Notes: generated from the sequence alone by a model not told the origin. Shown: positions 36,702 through 50,800, counted from the stretch's first letter. The stretch: DNA of 64,000 nt from Vitrella brassicaformis CCMP3155 (GCA_001179505.1 CDMY01000483.1:4099-68098), one strand, 5' to 3'. Numbers and translations: made by a program.

Positions 36702-38294
36702 ATGGCTCTACAGCGGCCCGAGGGTACGCACGGATGGTGCTTGCTTGTCATAAATACCGGTTGCGTCTCTCTGCAATGCCTGAATGGATGTGCGGCAGCT
36801 TCTGAGGAAGCCCCAGGGGCCAGCGCCCCGCCGCTGTCTCCATCCAGCCCCTTTCGTATGGACGAGTCACACTATGCAGAGTCCTTTCGCAACGCTCTGC
36901 AGGAAAAGGCTGAGGCTGACTGGGCGGCCGCGGGGGTCGGTTCCTCCTTTGCAAGGGCGGCTGAGAGACTGCGAGGTGGCCATGGGGCTTCGGTGCATCA
37001 AAGGCCGTGTGGTGTGTAATGTGCCGTTTCTGTTTGCAGGTGTGCGTCGTCTGAATATCGAGAGGAACGTTGACATCTCCGACCTTAAGAACCTCTTCAT
37101 GTGGGTGGGCCTGGCATCCACACACCGATATCTGTCTGTCTGTCTGTCTGTCTGTCTGTGACGCATGACTGCAGCTACAAAGTTCGAAGCCACTATGCCG
37201 GCAGTCTCCTCTTCAGCGTCAAGGCGCAACCCGAATGCTGCTCGTACGAGCCCTCGCTCTCTGTGCCACTTCAATCAATCGGCGTGTCGTTTGTGTGTGT
37301 CCGCGCGCCTGCAGTCTAGACTGGCAAGAATACTCTTCGTACTTCTTTCTTGGCGAGGTACATGTACATGCCTCTTCTCCCTGCCAATGCAATAAATACA
37401 TCGATGGAGTCGCTCGCTCCGTTGTGTGCGCAGGATGCGACCCATTCGGCGTTTGCGAAGGTGACGCGGCCGCCAACGCGGGGCTGCTGCTGTCTGGGGG
37501 GCGGCGGGTGCGCACATGAGAGGGACGGGAGGGAGGAGCAGACACAGCGAGGGGCAACGGGTGGTGTCTGTCTCTGTCTGTCTCTGTTTTTGGATGGAGT
37601 GCAGGGCGGAGTTCGTTCTCAGCGACTCCGTCACTGGTATGGAAAGGAATGAAGAGGAGGGAGGCACAGAGTGAGATGCCAACAACACAACACACGTGTT
37701 ATGTGCCTCCCTGTGAAGGTTCGCCGATCGGCAGCATTGCCCACCCCTATCAGTGCTGCCACCCAACCCTCACCCTGCAAGACGCTGCGGTGAATGAATG
37801 CACAAACGAGACACGCAGCACAGCACCACAGAAATCGCGTTTGCTTATCTGTTTATGTGTGTGCAGGGCCAGTACACGCTGTGGCTTCGCTCGCCCTGTT
37901 TCATGTGCACGTGGAGGAGCCCATGTTGCTGTGAGAAGGTCAACTACAAACTGGAAGATGCCAACACGGGAGACCCTGTCGCACATATCGTCCATGTAAG
38001 CAACCCCTCGGTCTCGTTATATGTGTGTGTGTGTGGATGTGCGTTGGTAGACTTATGGTCATGGCGGCGATCCGCTCAGCGGGGCGAATATCTTCGCATA
38101 TAACGTGTGAGGATGTGAACGGCGGCTTCATGTGACGTATGTGGTATGCATGATTCACATGCGCAGCGACGTATCGAGCGACGCCATCTCAAGTGATGCC
38201 AACATGATGGCCACCATCGTCGCAGCAAGTAATTGAAAAAGTGACAATACACCAGTGCACCACCCATTTTCGCAGCCATGCTTTTCTCTCTTTC

Positions 38295-38325
<31 letters not shown>

Positions 38326-38426
38326 TGTGTGTCTCAGCTGTGTTGGTTGACCAGCGGTTCACGTGTAAGGATTCGGCCACGCGCAACACAGAGTGCATGG
38401 GGGCCACGGGATGCATCATTGCCTGA
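36702..38426 (+). CDS. Phospholipid scramblase-like (PLSCR/tubby-fold) protein
   Basis: Spliced segments LFSVKAQPECCSYE; PIGSIAHPYQCCHPTLTLQDAA|GQYTLWLRSPCFMC..PCCCEKVNYKLED..VAHIVH|TYGHGGDPLSGANIFAYN|..DANMMATIVAA|TVLVDQRF parallel the Cys-rich, IG.I, F.I.F and KA..IGA.FLID motifs of PLSCR. Start codon uncertain. Confidence 0.72.
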
Positions 38427-38754
38427 CGTGACTGCTGATACATGTATGTGGAAATCGATGGCCACACACACGGGAAGGAGATCGGCCGCGTCACGTGGCT
38501 GGATGGATGGATGTGGCATCGATGTGACTGTCGACCTGATGTATGTATGTGTCTTTTGTGGGTTCATTAGATGGAGACACACAGAGGGATGGGACCGATG
38601 GTGCTACATACTGACAGACTGATGTCTGTCCATCGTACAGGGAGTGCACACACGCCCACGACATAAATTAAGGGTACCCCACCTTCCATGTGCACACAGA
38701 CATTCACCGGTGCCGCACACACATCCACACCCTCCCCCTCTCTGATTTTGCCAA

Positions 38755-40035
38755 TCAGGGCTCTGTTTTGATGGCGTGTGCCGCGTCAGTGTCGTTTCTC
38801 CTCAGCCGATCGATGGCAGACAGAGCCAAATAGGGATGCAAGGCGGCTGTGCACACACATATGTGGCGCACATACACAGAGAGGGGGGGGAGAGATGAAT
38901 AGCCGTGTGCATATGTGTGTGTGTGTGTGTGTGTGATGTGTGTGCGTACCACCAAGGTCGAGGACTCTCTCATCGATGGCGAATTTTGGGTTGTGAACGG
39001 TGACCGATGTGCACGGCTGACCTGCGACACCCTCGCCGTCACTGCACACCCACACATGCGCAGCAAGGCAGCATTACCAGCCCATATTCGTTCGAGTTTC
39101 GTCTGTGTATCTGCCTGCCCTGCGTGCCGACCCCTGGCCAAGGAGGACAAAAAGTCCGGGCACACTCTCAGCAAAGAAGGCAAAATCCTGACACACACAC
39201 ACAGACAAGCACAGCGCAGAACAGCCTTCTTGGTGAATGAACGCTGTGTCGACAGTCACATCGATGCCACATCGATCCATCCATCCATCCATCTCTCTCC
39301 CTCTGTGTGTGCCTCTGTGTGTGTGAAGGCAAGTACCTCTCCGCCCATTGTGGGCGGCACCTCACTGACGGCCAGTGGGAGGTCCATCGCATCGACCGGC
39401 AGGGACCGCTGCGCCTCAGACATCACCTGCACAACACACACACACACACACACACATGCATACACAGACAGACACGTGTGTCTGTCTGTCTGTGCGCATC
39501 GATGCACACGCACCTGCTTGAACCACTGCCACAGCTGGCCGTCGTTGACGGTCGCCGGGTAAAAGTCCTTCGAGAAACCCACTGTGCACAAAACACACAC
39601 ACACACACATATAGGAATACACACACGTGGACGAGCGGAGGACACACCAGTGACGTTGAGCCGGTGCGCGTTGGCGACAGACTCTGCCATGGTCTGTATC
39701 CTCTCGCGCAGGTCAATGATGGACGCAGACGACAAAGACCGGGTGGTGCCTGAGTGAACACCACATTGCATCTGATGTGGCCATCCTTGCCGTGTCTGTG
39801 TGTGTGTGTGCAGGCTGACCACCTTGTATGACGGCAGTGGAGGGAATCACATTGTAGGCGTTCGACGTGGCCTGCAGGGCCCATCCATCCATCCATCCAC
39901 ACAAATGCATCACGTCTTGACTGACCCACCTGGAGCACTGTCACGGAGACCACTTTCGCGTTGAGAGGGTCCTCTTCCCTCGACACAAGCGTCTGCAGTG
40001 CCGTCGCCAGCTGAGCGGCTACACACACATGAACA

Positions 40036-40072
<37 letters not shown>

Positions 40073-40594
40073 CTAAGCGCATATCGATCTCCACTCACGC
40101 AGACAAACATGTCTGTGTGTACGTGTGTGTGGGCAGCCATGTGATGTGCATCGATCGCACCGGCAGGCACTGGGTCGATGGCGAGGTGGGGCATGGCCGC
40201 GTGGCCGCCGCGGCCATATAAGGTGATGTCGAATCTGTGCCAGAGGTACACACACATACAAACGCACAGGCGAAAAGGCGCTTGTGTACTTGTGGTTTGT
40301 GGGCGTACATGTCAGTTGCGGCCAGCAGAGGGCCGGCGCGGGCCGCCAGAGTGCCCTGAAGACACAGACTCATCACTCATGGTGTGTGTGTGTGCGCGTG
40401 TGTGTCTTGTCAGGAGTGCGTACGCTGCGCTGCATTGGCCAGATATGGAAGCCGACTATCTCCTGCACTGTAGGGTACTGCGTCAACACGCCCTGCACAC
40501 GCACAGACATACACACACGCAACACGCATATCGCCACTTTGTGTACGTGTGTGTGTACCTCTTCCCTCATCATTTTGGCCCCTGCGCCGCCCTC

Positions 40595-40632
<38 letters not shown>

Positions 40633-41593
40633 ATATGGATGCAGTGCAAAGGTGTGCAGGCAGGTGACACCTGCCGGCTGAAAGATCAGGCGAACGGTTC
40701 CCTGGAAGCACAGCACAGACGCATGCAGTTAAGCATCCATCCATCCACCGATGGTCCTGCCGATGTGATGTGTGCATCACACCTGTATGTCCTTCTCTCT
40801 CCGCTTGAGTATCTTGGCGGCGGCCAGGAGCATCGTCGTGTGCCCATCGTGGCCACACGCATGCCTACACACACACACACACACACTTAGCTAAGTCACA
40901 CGTGCGTGTGTGTACGAGCATCAAACTCACATGCGCCCATCGTGGGTCGATCTGAAATCTGCAAGCACACACACACACAGAGAAGGCGAGAAGCTGGCCT
41001 TGACTGTGTGGGACGTATGTGTGTGTGAGATGTGTCTGTGCGCACCGACGGGGGTCTCTTCGTGGATGGGCAGCGCATCAATGTCCGCTGCACACAAACA
41101 GAAGGGCAGACGCTCGTTCATCCTCTGAATGCACACACGACGTCTGTGAGTGCGGACCTCACCTCTCAGCGCCACACATGGCGGCTGTCCCGTGCCCAGA
41201 TCAGCAACCACCCCTGAATGACGGACAACGCCGCGCAATCCACGCATCTCACGTCTGTCATTCGCACCTGTTTTGCCCTCTGGCCCGTCATGGACGTTCC
41301 TGCCCCACCCCTCGGTGTAATCAATCCCCATCTGCACACACAGAGAGACCCAGACGCACTCACTTTGTTGATCTGGATTGTCAGCCGACCACCTCTGCGA
41401 GAGTCTTTTTGATGTAGGCAGACGTCTTATGCTCGGCGAACATGAGCTCGGGGATCTGATGCAGGTGCCGCCGCCTGTCGATGGTCCACTCATGGATGCC
41501 TTTCGCCTCGCCAAGCAGATCTGCGAACGGCGGTGATGATCCATGAGTCAGCAAGGCACCGGAAAACAGCACACTGACGCTGGCAGTGAGCAT
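38755..41593 (-). CDS. M20D amidohydrolase (ILR1/ILL/hippurate hydrolase-like) with probable signal peptide
   Basis: [22 protein letters not shown]|[10 protein letters not shown]|[22 protein letters not shown]|[19 protein letters not shown]|DFAFF and HNPKFAIDE. An alternative upstream ATG lies at 41698. Confidence 0.93.
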
Positions 41594-41723
41594 GGCGACA
41601 AACGAATCGTTGCGGCACGGACGAGCCGAAAAGTCCAGCTCGCACCGCAAACCGTTTGGAACCAACGGCAGAAAGGCAATCAAAGCGCTGAGCCTCATGT
41701 CGGGCTTGTCCCTGGGGCCGGCC

Positions 41724-41984
41724 ATGACGGGCTGTGAGGCGGCCGACGGGCTGATCCGCCGAGCCCGCAGGTCATTTGACGACATTGTGGCGGCCAAGGA
41801 GAGGGCCCAGGCGGACGTGGAGGCCATCGCCAATGAGATGTCCACCATGGTGGCGGCCAAAGGGGGCGTGTGGCAGCTCCCATACACTCAGGGAGAGATC
41901 ATGGTCAATGCCGGTAAAGACGGGACGGAACAGACAGGCAGAAATGGGCATGTGTGTGTGGTGCGACTGTCCGTCACTTTCTCC

Positions 41985-42015
<31 letters not shown>

Positions 42016-43827
42016 TGTCTGACCAGGCGGTGTGGTCTTCCCAGTGAGTCGGCGCGCCCTGTTGATGCCCTTCATGAAGCACCGCTACATCTCGGTCCTC
42101 CTGATGCACCACGCGGGCGGCCTGCCCAAGGACCCCGACGGCCACCTCTACCTCGAGACGTCATCGGCATACTTCGAGGCCTTCTGGGACGAGCTGATGC
42201 TCTACCAGACTGGCCGCACCGACATCGTCACCCTGCCGGCATCCAAGGCATCAGATCCGCTCTACAATGACTACCACGCCCTCTTCATGAGTGAGATCAG
42301 CTGCTACTCGGCCTCCCAGCCGCCCGCAGCCACGGCCGCGCCGATGGAGGTCGACGGCCACACACCCGACACACAGCCGGCCGACACACTAGATGAGATG
42401 CGGCAGCACATCCATGAGTGTGAGGAGGCCCTCCACGCCCATGGGGCGGCCATGGTGGGGCTGCGGGCGGTGCGGGATGACATCCGGCGGTTCCTGACGG
42501 CCATGGAGCCCTTCTTCGCCAGCCGAGACGCCGACGACAATGCCGTTTTGAGCCTGACCATCCACAGCCGCACTGTGTCGATCATGCGGAAGACACTTGA
42601 GCGGCTCGGCCACAACCACCCCCTGCTGACACGCTTCTCGACGTATGAATGACACACAGACACAGAGAGAGGGGAACGAGGGGATGATGCGCATTGGTGT
42701 TGGTGTCTGTGCTGGTGGTGGTCAGGACGCCCCCGTGTTGGGCCGACCGTTCTGTGCGGCAGACGCCCACCAAGTGCTTCATGGCCGCCGTCGAGTTTGC
42801 GCGCCGCATCGCCATGGCGGCCGCCGGGCGGCTCATCCGCCCGCCACTCGTCGAGGAGGCCGACAACCGTCACTTTGTCGAGGACATCGTAAGTGAGACA
42901 CACAGAGAGGGAGGGCGGCACACGCAGGAAGGAGCAGCTGTGTTGGTATGTGTATGTGTGTGTGTGTGTCAGGAGATGTATGCGTTGAAGTACGAGCCCC
43001 TCTGCAATGGCGTGACGAGTGGCGACTTCGTCATCGAGACGGCCGAGGAGTGGGGCAAAGTCATCGAGATGACCGGCAAACACTCACCCTCAGTAACACT
43101 CATCTAAAAGTGAGCCAGCTACGGCGGGAGGGAAAAAGACACTCAGAGATCGTTGCGGTGCGTGTTGATGTCAGGTCGAGTCGTGACACATTTGAGTATC
43201 CGTCCTTCCTCAACAAGGTGGTGGGCAAGAGCGGCCTCCTCTTCGCCCTTCAAGACGGCGACACTCACCGATTCGGGGCTTTCATTGACGGCCCACTCAC
43301 CCCGCCAGCCAACCCCACACAGATCAACTGCGACAAGGTGCCTGTCTTCTTCTTTTCGCTGTCGGGTGCGTACGAGACGCCCACCAAGATCGAACTGCCA
43401 GAGAACGAGCAGCAGGTGGACGTGGCCGGCACAGAGGGGGTGGAGAAAAACATGGACGAGCGCACTGCCAAGGTGGGCATCGGTGGCGGTGCAGCAGCTC
43501 TCTGGCTGACAATCGCCTTGCCTGGCCCGGCGGCGGACCTCAGCAGCTGCGAGCTGTGGATCAAGAGGGACAAGCTGCCGGACGGCTACATTGACGACAG
43601 CGATTTTGATGACGAGGAGGAGAATGGCCCGATGGATGAGGAGGGCGACGGCACGCTGGCCCACGCAGAAGACTTCACGTGCACTGAGCTGGAGGTGTGG
43701 CACGTCACAGAGGTCAGCGAGAGGCAGCGAGGGCAACAAGCAGAGAGAGATCGGAAAACTGCATTTGATTCCTGTATCCATGTGATGCGTATGTCGCTGT
43801 GTGTGTGTGCAGGAGGTCAACGCCTGA
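41724..43827 (+). CDS. BTB/POZ-like + TLDc protein, paralogue 1
   Basis: EIMVNAG|GVVFPVSRRALL...LPKDPDGHLYLE (KCTD-like BTB) and SSRDTFEYPSFLNKVVGKSGLLFALQDGDTHRFGAF...FFFSLSG...DFTCTELEVW (TLDc). Confidence 0.85.
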
Positions 43828-45220
43828 TGCACTGGGACAGGCGTGAAAGGGGCGGAGGGGTGGGAGGGGTGGGGGTTCCGTGGGGACAGGAGAGGGAGGG
43901 GGCGAGGGCTGCCTCTTTCCTTTGCCTGAAGTGCCTTTTGCGCTGCTCTCACTCTTTTAATTAAGACCTATGTGCCACTTGGCCTTTATGTGGCTCTTGT
44001 GCTGGCGATGCGGTGCTGGTAGATAGCTGATCGGTGCCCCACAGATCCCCACGGTGTATACGTTTACGCTTGTCTGTACTCTGTAGCTATTACTAGATGT
44101 GGTGTCTGTGTGATGCATGGTGCCATGTCGTCATCGATCAGGGGAGGGACAGATGTGTGTGCTGTGCGCCGTGCTGATGAACGGCTGGGTCACATTATGA
44201 GTGACGTGAGCGGCTCTGTATTTGTCTACTGCTTCCTGGGGATGGTCCACGTCGCTGTGATGACAGTCTGCAAGCCGGCGGATCGAGGAAGAAGTTTTCC
44301 TGTGTGACGTACGTGTGTGCAGACATCCGTGTGTGTCAATCTTGCATTGTAGAGGCAGAGAACCAGACAGCCTCGCACTGCCCGTGATCAACTGGTGTGC
44401 CGTTTGTTTGATGACGGACGATTCGCTGTTTACTCTTTGATTCGCTCGCCGTATGCACGCGATTGATTGGCGCCGTGCTGGAAAAGGGTTTCTTGTGTTC
44501 CATCGACAGGGCATGTGGCTGCCGTGGTGCATGTGTGGAGCGTGAAGTCTTTTGATGCATGCGACGATGCAAGCAAGACGGTCATCGTCTGTGTGCCGTC
44601 GATGGACGGGGGGATGGAGGGAGCATCTGTGTGTGTGTCATTCGCTTCGCCTGTCTGTCTGTGTGTCTATCGTGTGCACTGATCACGATCATGGTCCATC
44701 TTGTGCGTATAAACCAATCAAATGTCTAAAGCAATCAGCCCTTTACGCGATACTTACTGTACGTGTCCATCATGGTGGCTGCGTGAGTGAAGGAATGACT
44801 GCCATCTGGCCAGTGGCACACCATGACCGACATGCACAACCTTAACTCTGCCGGCCCTTTTGCGATGTCATGACATCGGTCTGTGCAATGGATGCTTGGG
44901 TGAACAGTGAGTGTTTGCATCGGTCTATTGCGTCTGAGTGTCTGCACAGAACGACCGGTACCTGCACCTGCACAGAACCGTCCGTCCAGGGTGACGACAG
45001 CAAACACAGCCAGAAGCACCGCCTTTTATGAATCAAACAGCCGCCATGTTTCGGGAGTCGCCCACCACACTGCTTGTGAGGATGCCGGCGGGTCCAACAG
45101 GCGACAAATTGCCCAGTCTGTCGGCGAGTGCCGGATCGCACTTCCTGTTTCAGCTCGCATCTCCACGGCTCGAGCGGCTCGTCTGTTGTCCTCCGTCCCC
45201 ATCTCGCATCGCCGGCAAGC

Positions 45221-47047
45221 ATGAGAGGCGTCGACGCCGCCAAGCGGCTGGTGGCCGAGCTGGAGAAGCGAACTCTCATCGTCAACAGACTGATCACTGC
45301 CAGCGGCGGACAGCTGACGGTCACTGAGCCGCTGGATGGCGAGATCGAGGTCAACGTGGGCGGGACGGTGCTGTGTGTGCCTCGCAAGCCGCTGCTGCTG
45401 CCCGGCGTGAGCGACTCGTTCATCGCCTATCTGCTGCTGCACCATCTGGATGGGCTGCCCAAGGACACAGAGGGCCGGCCATTCCTGGATGCTGACCCGA
45501 TCTATATCGACTGGTGAGCCAGTCGACACACACAGAGGGGAGGGAGAGCGGGAGGGAGGGAGGGAGGGCAGACGAACTCAGATACACAATGCATGCTGTC
45601 CTTCTGTTGTGTGTTTCTTGTGTCAGGCTGTTCAATGAGATTGCCAACGTCGGTGCTGCGGATGCGCAGGCCGAGACTCACGAGATCAAGCTGACAGGTG
45701 ACCACAGCACCGACGTGTCATTCCTTTTCTGGCATGAGCTCCTCTTCAACAACAAGACACAGCTGAACACCAATGGCCAAGATGGCCAACAGACAGCCAC
45801 TCCCGACCCGCACGACACCAACACCCTTCTAGCCGCTCTCAGCCACAGCTCCGCGAACCTCACGAAAGCCTTCAAACAGGTGATGGACGAGCACCAGCAG
45901 CTGCTCAAGTTCCACCGAGTGATGGGGCCGTTCCTCAAGTCGGCTGATGGCCAAGGCGATGAAATCAAGAGCGTGCGTGTGATGGGCAGGACGGTGTCGA
46001 CCACCGAGGCCACACTGGCATTCATCGGCACCGACAAGCGACTCTACACCACTTTTGACAAGTGACAGAACGACGAGATGGGATACACGTAGAGGGGCAT
46101 TCATCTCATTGGCCGCTTCTTGTGTGTTGCAGCATCGAGGCGATCTCGTGCATCTCGCCCGCCCACTTCATGAAGGTCGTCGACTTCGCTCGCCGACAAC
46201 GTGTCGCATCCGTCGGCGGCATCGTCAAGCCGCCCACCGCCCCGAATCAGCGACAGCTCACCACCGACTGCGGCATGTACGGCCTCACCATGGCCGACTT
46301 CCACAAGCCCTTGCTGTGGGCCGACGAGCTGCAGTGGATCATCGACAACATAGGCAAGGGCAACGTCACAACCACACTGCTCTTCAAGTGAGTGGCAAAA
46401 GGAGGCGTGTGGGTGCGGGAGGGGCTGCATCGTGTGTGTATGTCGATTAGGTCGAGTCGCGACACGTTTGCGTATGCCTCCTTCCTCAACAAGGTGGCGT
46501 ACAAGAGCGGCCTGCTGTTCGCCATCCGAGACGGCGACACACACCGATTCGGGGCTTTTATTGACGGCGAGCTGACACCGCCAGACGATCCCAGACAGAC
46601 GAGCGGCAGGTACAAGGTGCCCCTCTTCCTCTACTCGCTCTCGGGCGCGTTTGATGCGCTCACCAAGATCGAGATACCGGGGGAGGGTCAGGTGGTGGAC
46701 GTGGCCGTCACACAGGGGGTTGTACCGAACTTGGAGGGGTGGCCGGCTGGGAGAGTGCGCATCGGTCGCTATTCTGGAGTACTCTGGCTGGGCACTTCCC
46801 AGCCTGGTCCTGTGCCCGACCTCAGCAGCTGCCAGCAGTGGATCAAGGAGGGGGAGCTTCCGGACGGATACAATGGGGAGATCAATACGCGCGGCAACGG
46901 AACACTGGCGCAGTCGCACAACTTCACGTGCGATGAGATGGAGGTGTATCACGTGGAGGTAGCCCAGTGAGATGGAAGGGCAACGGGCACAGCTGCACGT
47001 GTGCGGATGCGTGTTGTCTGTGTCTTTTGCAGGTCAACGGCGCATGA
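45221..47047 (+). CDS. BTB/POZ-like + TLDc protein, paralogue 2
   Basis: MRGVDAAKRL...EIEVNVGGTVLCVPRKPLL...PKDTEGRPFLDADPIYIDW|; LLFK|SSRDTFAYASFLNKV...HRFGAF...NFTCDEMEVYHVE|VNGA*. Confidence 0.87.
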
Positions 47048-47811
47048 TCCGACTGTCCATTGCACTCTGTGTCAAGCAAATGGGAGGCCGGCTGTTTGTT
47101 TCAACCAAGGCATGTTTTCCGACTTTCTTTATTCTGTCCGTGTGCGTGCAATTTGTGTGCGTGTATGTGTTTGTGGTTTCTCTTTTCGATGCATGTTGAG
47201 TCCTGGCTTCATATATGCAACGCGGCTTGTAGCCCATCTGTCGCCACGACAGACAAGGAGGAGAGAGAGCTCTGATGCACACCACACAGCAAGCGCCGGA
47301 TGGCCGTGGATGTGGTGATGTGCGTGTGGCTGACATGCATGTCTGACACGTGTGCGTGTGTCGCGTTGCGTGCCTTTGCACGTGTGTCGGCCTGATTGCT
47401 GTTTCACGTTTCATGTGCACCGGACGCATCGACACAGAAATGATGGGATGCTGTCACTTTTTCTCCAGCCTTTGCTGCCTTGTATGATGCGGCGGGGATC
47501 GATCCCTCCTCCCCTTGAGCCTGTTTGACTCTGCCTGCCTGCTCATGGGACTGTACATATTTGTATGAGTGCTACGGTTGATGCAATTGAGTTGTCATGC
47601 TACGCGGGTTTTCTCGCTGACACTGTTGTGAAGTGCATGCAGAGCGGTGCAACCCCGTTGATGGAGCACCGTCCAGGGAGCATCACCACGGCGCAATCAA
47701 TCCGATTTCATGAGCGGGACAGGCCGGGAACAAACCTCAAACCCAGCGTCGCTTGCAGGGTTCCAAACCCTGCGAGCTTAGACGCGCCGCGAGGAAAGAT
47801 TTTCGGCAACA

Positions 47812-50800
47812 ATGGCGGCTTCTGCGGACACGAACAAGCCACTGTCTCTTCCTGTGCTCCAGGTGATGCGAATGACTCACTCACGAGAGGAGATCACCAC
47901 GTCACCTGTTTGCCTCTCTGTGCGTGCGCAGGATCTGATCAAGAGAGATCCTGAAGCATACAGAGAAGAGTACGGACACCGAGAGATGTGCACAGATGCA
48001 CAAAGAGGGAAGGAGGGAGATGTGTGTTATGTGAGTTTGATCTGTGTGAGCAGGTATGAGTCGCAGGAGGCTCACTTCTCGTCGAGTCTGTCCATTTTGC
48101 GGCTGAAGCCCAACAAATATGACAAAGACTTCAACGAACTCACCATGTTCCTCGCACACGTAAGTACACAGACAGATGCACTCACACTGACTGACACACA
48201 CCATCAAATGGCAGGCACCTGTGTGTCTGTGGTGCGTGTGTGTAGGTGACGCCCTGCTACCAGAACCAGCAAAATCAGCAGCAGAACAGTGCCGCCGGTA
48301 AGTCGTTGTGTGTCTGCCATGTGTACAGGTGCAGCTGTTGACTGACACGTGTGTGTGTGTCCACAGGTGCAGCAGCGGCCACTACAGCCCAGCCTTCGTT
48401 CGCCGAGCGTCTGATAGGCCTCTTGCTGGACACGAGCATCGCCGGGCAGCTGCACGCCAACACCAGACAGGGCATCGTCAACGCACTCATACTCCTGCGC
48501 AACAGGGACCAAGTCACATGCACTCGGTATGACGGTTCACACACATGGATGCCCTTGTGGATGGATGGATGGATGGACGTGTTGTGTGTGCGTGTGCAGC
48601 GTGTTGCCTGTGTGGTTTCACCTGTTTGCTCACGTCAATGACAAGGCAAGCAGAGAGAGGGAAAGAGAGACAGAGAGAGAGGCGCACTGCACTCACTGTG
48701 CGTGAATATGTCTGTTCTGCGGCCATTCCATGCAGGCTCTGCGGAAGCAGCTGTTGACCCACATAGTGCGCGACATCACCAAGATGAACAAACGCAACAA
48801 AGACATGAAGGTCAGCCGGCCAGCGCCGCAGACACACACACTGCATGGACATATGTGTGTGTGTGTCTTCACACACAGGTCAACAACGCCCTGATAGCCT
48901 ACCTGAGCACCCACCTCAAGGCCAACAGCAACGCCATGTGCGCTAGGAAGGCCATCGCCGTCATGATTGAAATGCACAGGTATGCATCACACGCAAACAC
49001 AACCACACGCACATGCACACGCATTGGGTATCCATGCAGGCGGTCTGTGTGGCGTGACGCGCGTGTGGTCAACATCATTGCGGGCGCCACCCTGCACACA
49101 GACCTGAAGGTCCGCAGAGCAGTGCACGTGTCCATCCATCCATCCATCCATCCATCCATCTGTGTGTCTGCCACAGGTGTCACTAGCGGCGGCGCACTTC
49201 ATGCTGGGCAACAAGACGAAGGGACAGGTGCCCTCACACACACACACACACACACACATCGATCACTCACACACGCACATCCGTGTTGGTTGATGCAGGA
49301 TGATGACGCGAGCGACGAGGAGCAGACCAAACACGACACTGCAGAGGTGACTGTGGGTGTAGTTGTAGGTGTAGGGAGAGAGTGTGTGTCTGCGTATCTG
49401 CAGGTTGCGCGTGAGATTGTTGGTGCCCGCAAGACAGCCGGGCGCATCAAGAAACTCAAAAAAGCCAAACTGGTACGCCTGGCACAATGCACCACCACGT
49501 ATGTGCTCTCGTGCACCTCTCTCTCTGTGTTGTGTGTGGTGATCGACACAGATGGTCAAGAAACAGGCGGAGAAGAAGAAAAAGAAGGCCAAGGGAGGTG
49601 AGCGCGCCACTCACACACTCAGGAATTCACACACGCATACACCTGTTGTGCACGCGAATGCAGGGTCCGATGGCGTTGTGAACTTCGCCGTGTTGGATCT
49701 GGTCTACGACCCGCAGACACTCGCCGAACAGATATTCGGTCGGTCGGTCGGTCAGCCGATGCACACGCGCACATGGTCATGTGTGTGTGTGGATGATTGC
49801 GTTGCGTGTGCAGCCCGTGTGCGCGGCAACAAGGAGCCCTTCTCGTTTCGACTGGTGCTGCTCAACCTGACCTCACGGCTCATCGGTCAGTGAGTGAATG
49901 CGTGTCTCTTCGTGGGATGGATGGACGAATGTATGGATGTGTGTCTCGTGTGTGTGTGTGTGTTCAGGTCGTCACCAGCTGTTTGTGATGAGTTTCTACT
50001 CGCACGTCATGAGATACCTCAGGCCGACACAGGTGCGTACGCACACAGACAGACAGACAAACAGACATGGGTGCACTCATGTGTCTGTCTACCATGTGTG
50101 TGTCTGTGTGCTTGTGTGGTGTGTGGTGTGTGGTGTGCAGAGGGAGGTGACGCAGGTGCTGGCGTGTGTGGCGCAGGCCACTCACCCACTCATACCGCCT
50201 GACGAGGTGCGCCCGTACAACACACACACATACACACACTCATCTGCTTGCATGCGTGTGTGTCATCTATCCATTCATTCATCCATTCGCCAGCTGCATC
50301 CGCTGAGCAAGTGTCTGATGAACACGTTCGTGTCCGAAAACAACAGCTCACAGGTCATCGCCGTCGGCCTCAACGCGGTAAGGAACAGCACACGGCCCAC
50401 TCACATCCAAACAGACACACAAACACCCATGTGTGTGTGTGCGTGTGTGTGTGCAGATCCGCGAGGTGTGTGCCCGTGCCCCGCTGGCGCTTGACGCCGA
50501 CATGCTCGCCGATCTGTGCGAATTCCGCACATACAAAGACAAAGGTACCCATATACACAGAGAGAGAGAGAGGGAGGCAGCCACATGTGTGTAATGCGTG
50601 TGTGGGTGTAGGTGTGATGATGGCGGCGAAGGGTCTGATCAACCAGTATCGCGACACGTACCCCTCCCTGCTGCCGAAAGCCATGCGCGGCAAAGAGGGA
50701 ACCATGGCCGTCATCGCACACAAGGTACGTACCTTCACCCACCAGACACCCACCACACACGCGCACAACCCTCCATCCCTCTTCGTGTGTCTTGTGTGTG

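Noticed and set aside
44000-45200. Possible ncRNA/snoRNA in the intergenic region between TLDc paralogues 1 and 2
   Set aside because: No properly spaced C/D or H/ACA boxes with terminal stems could be supported by eye.
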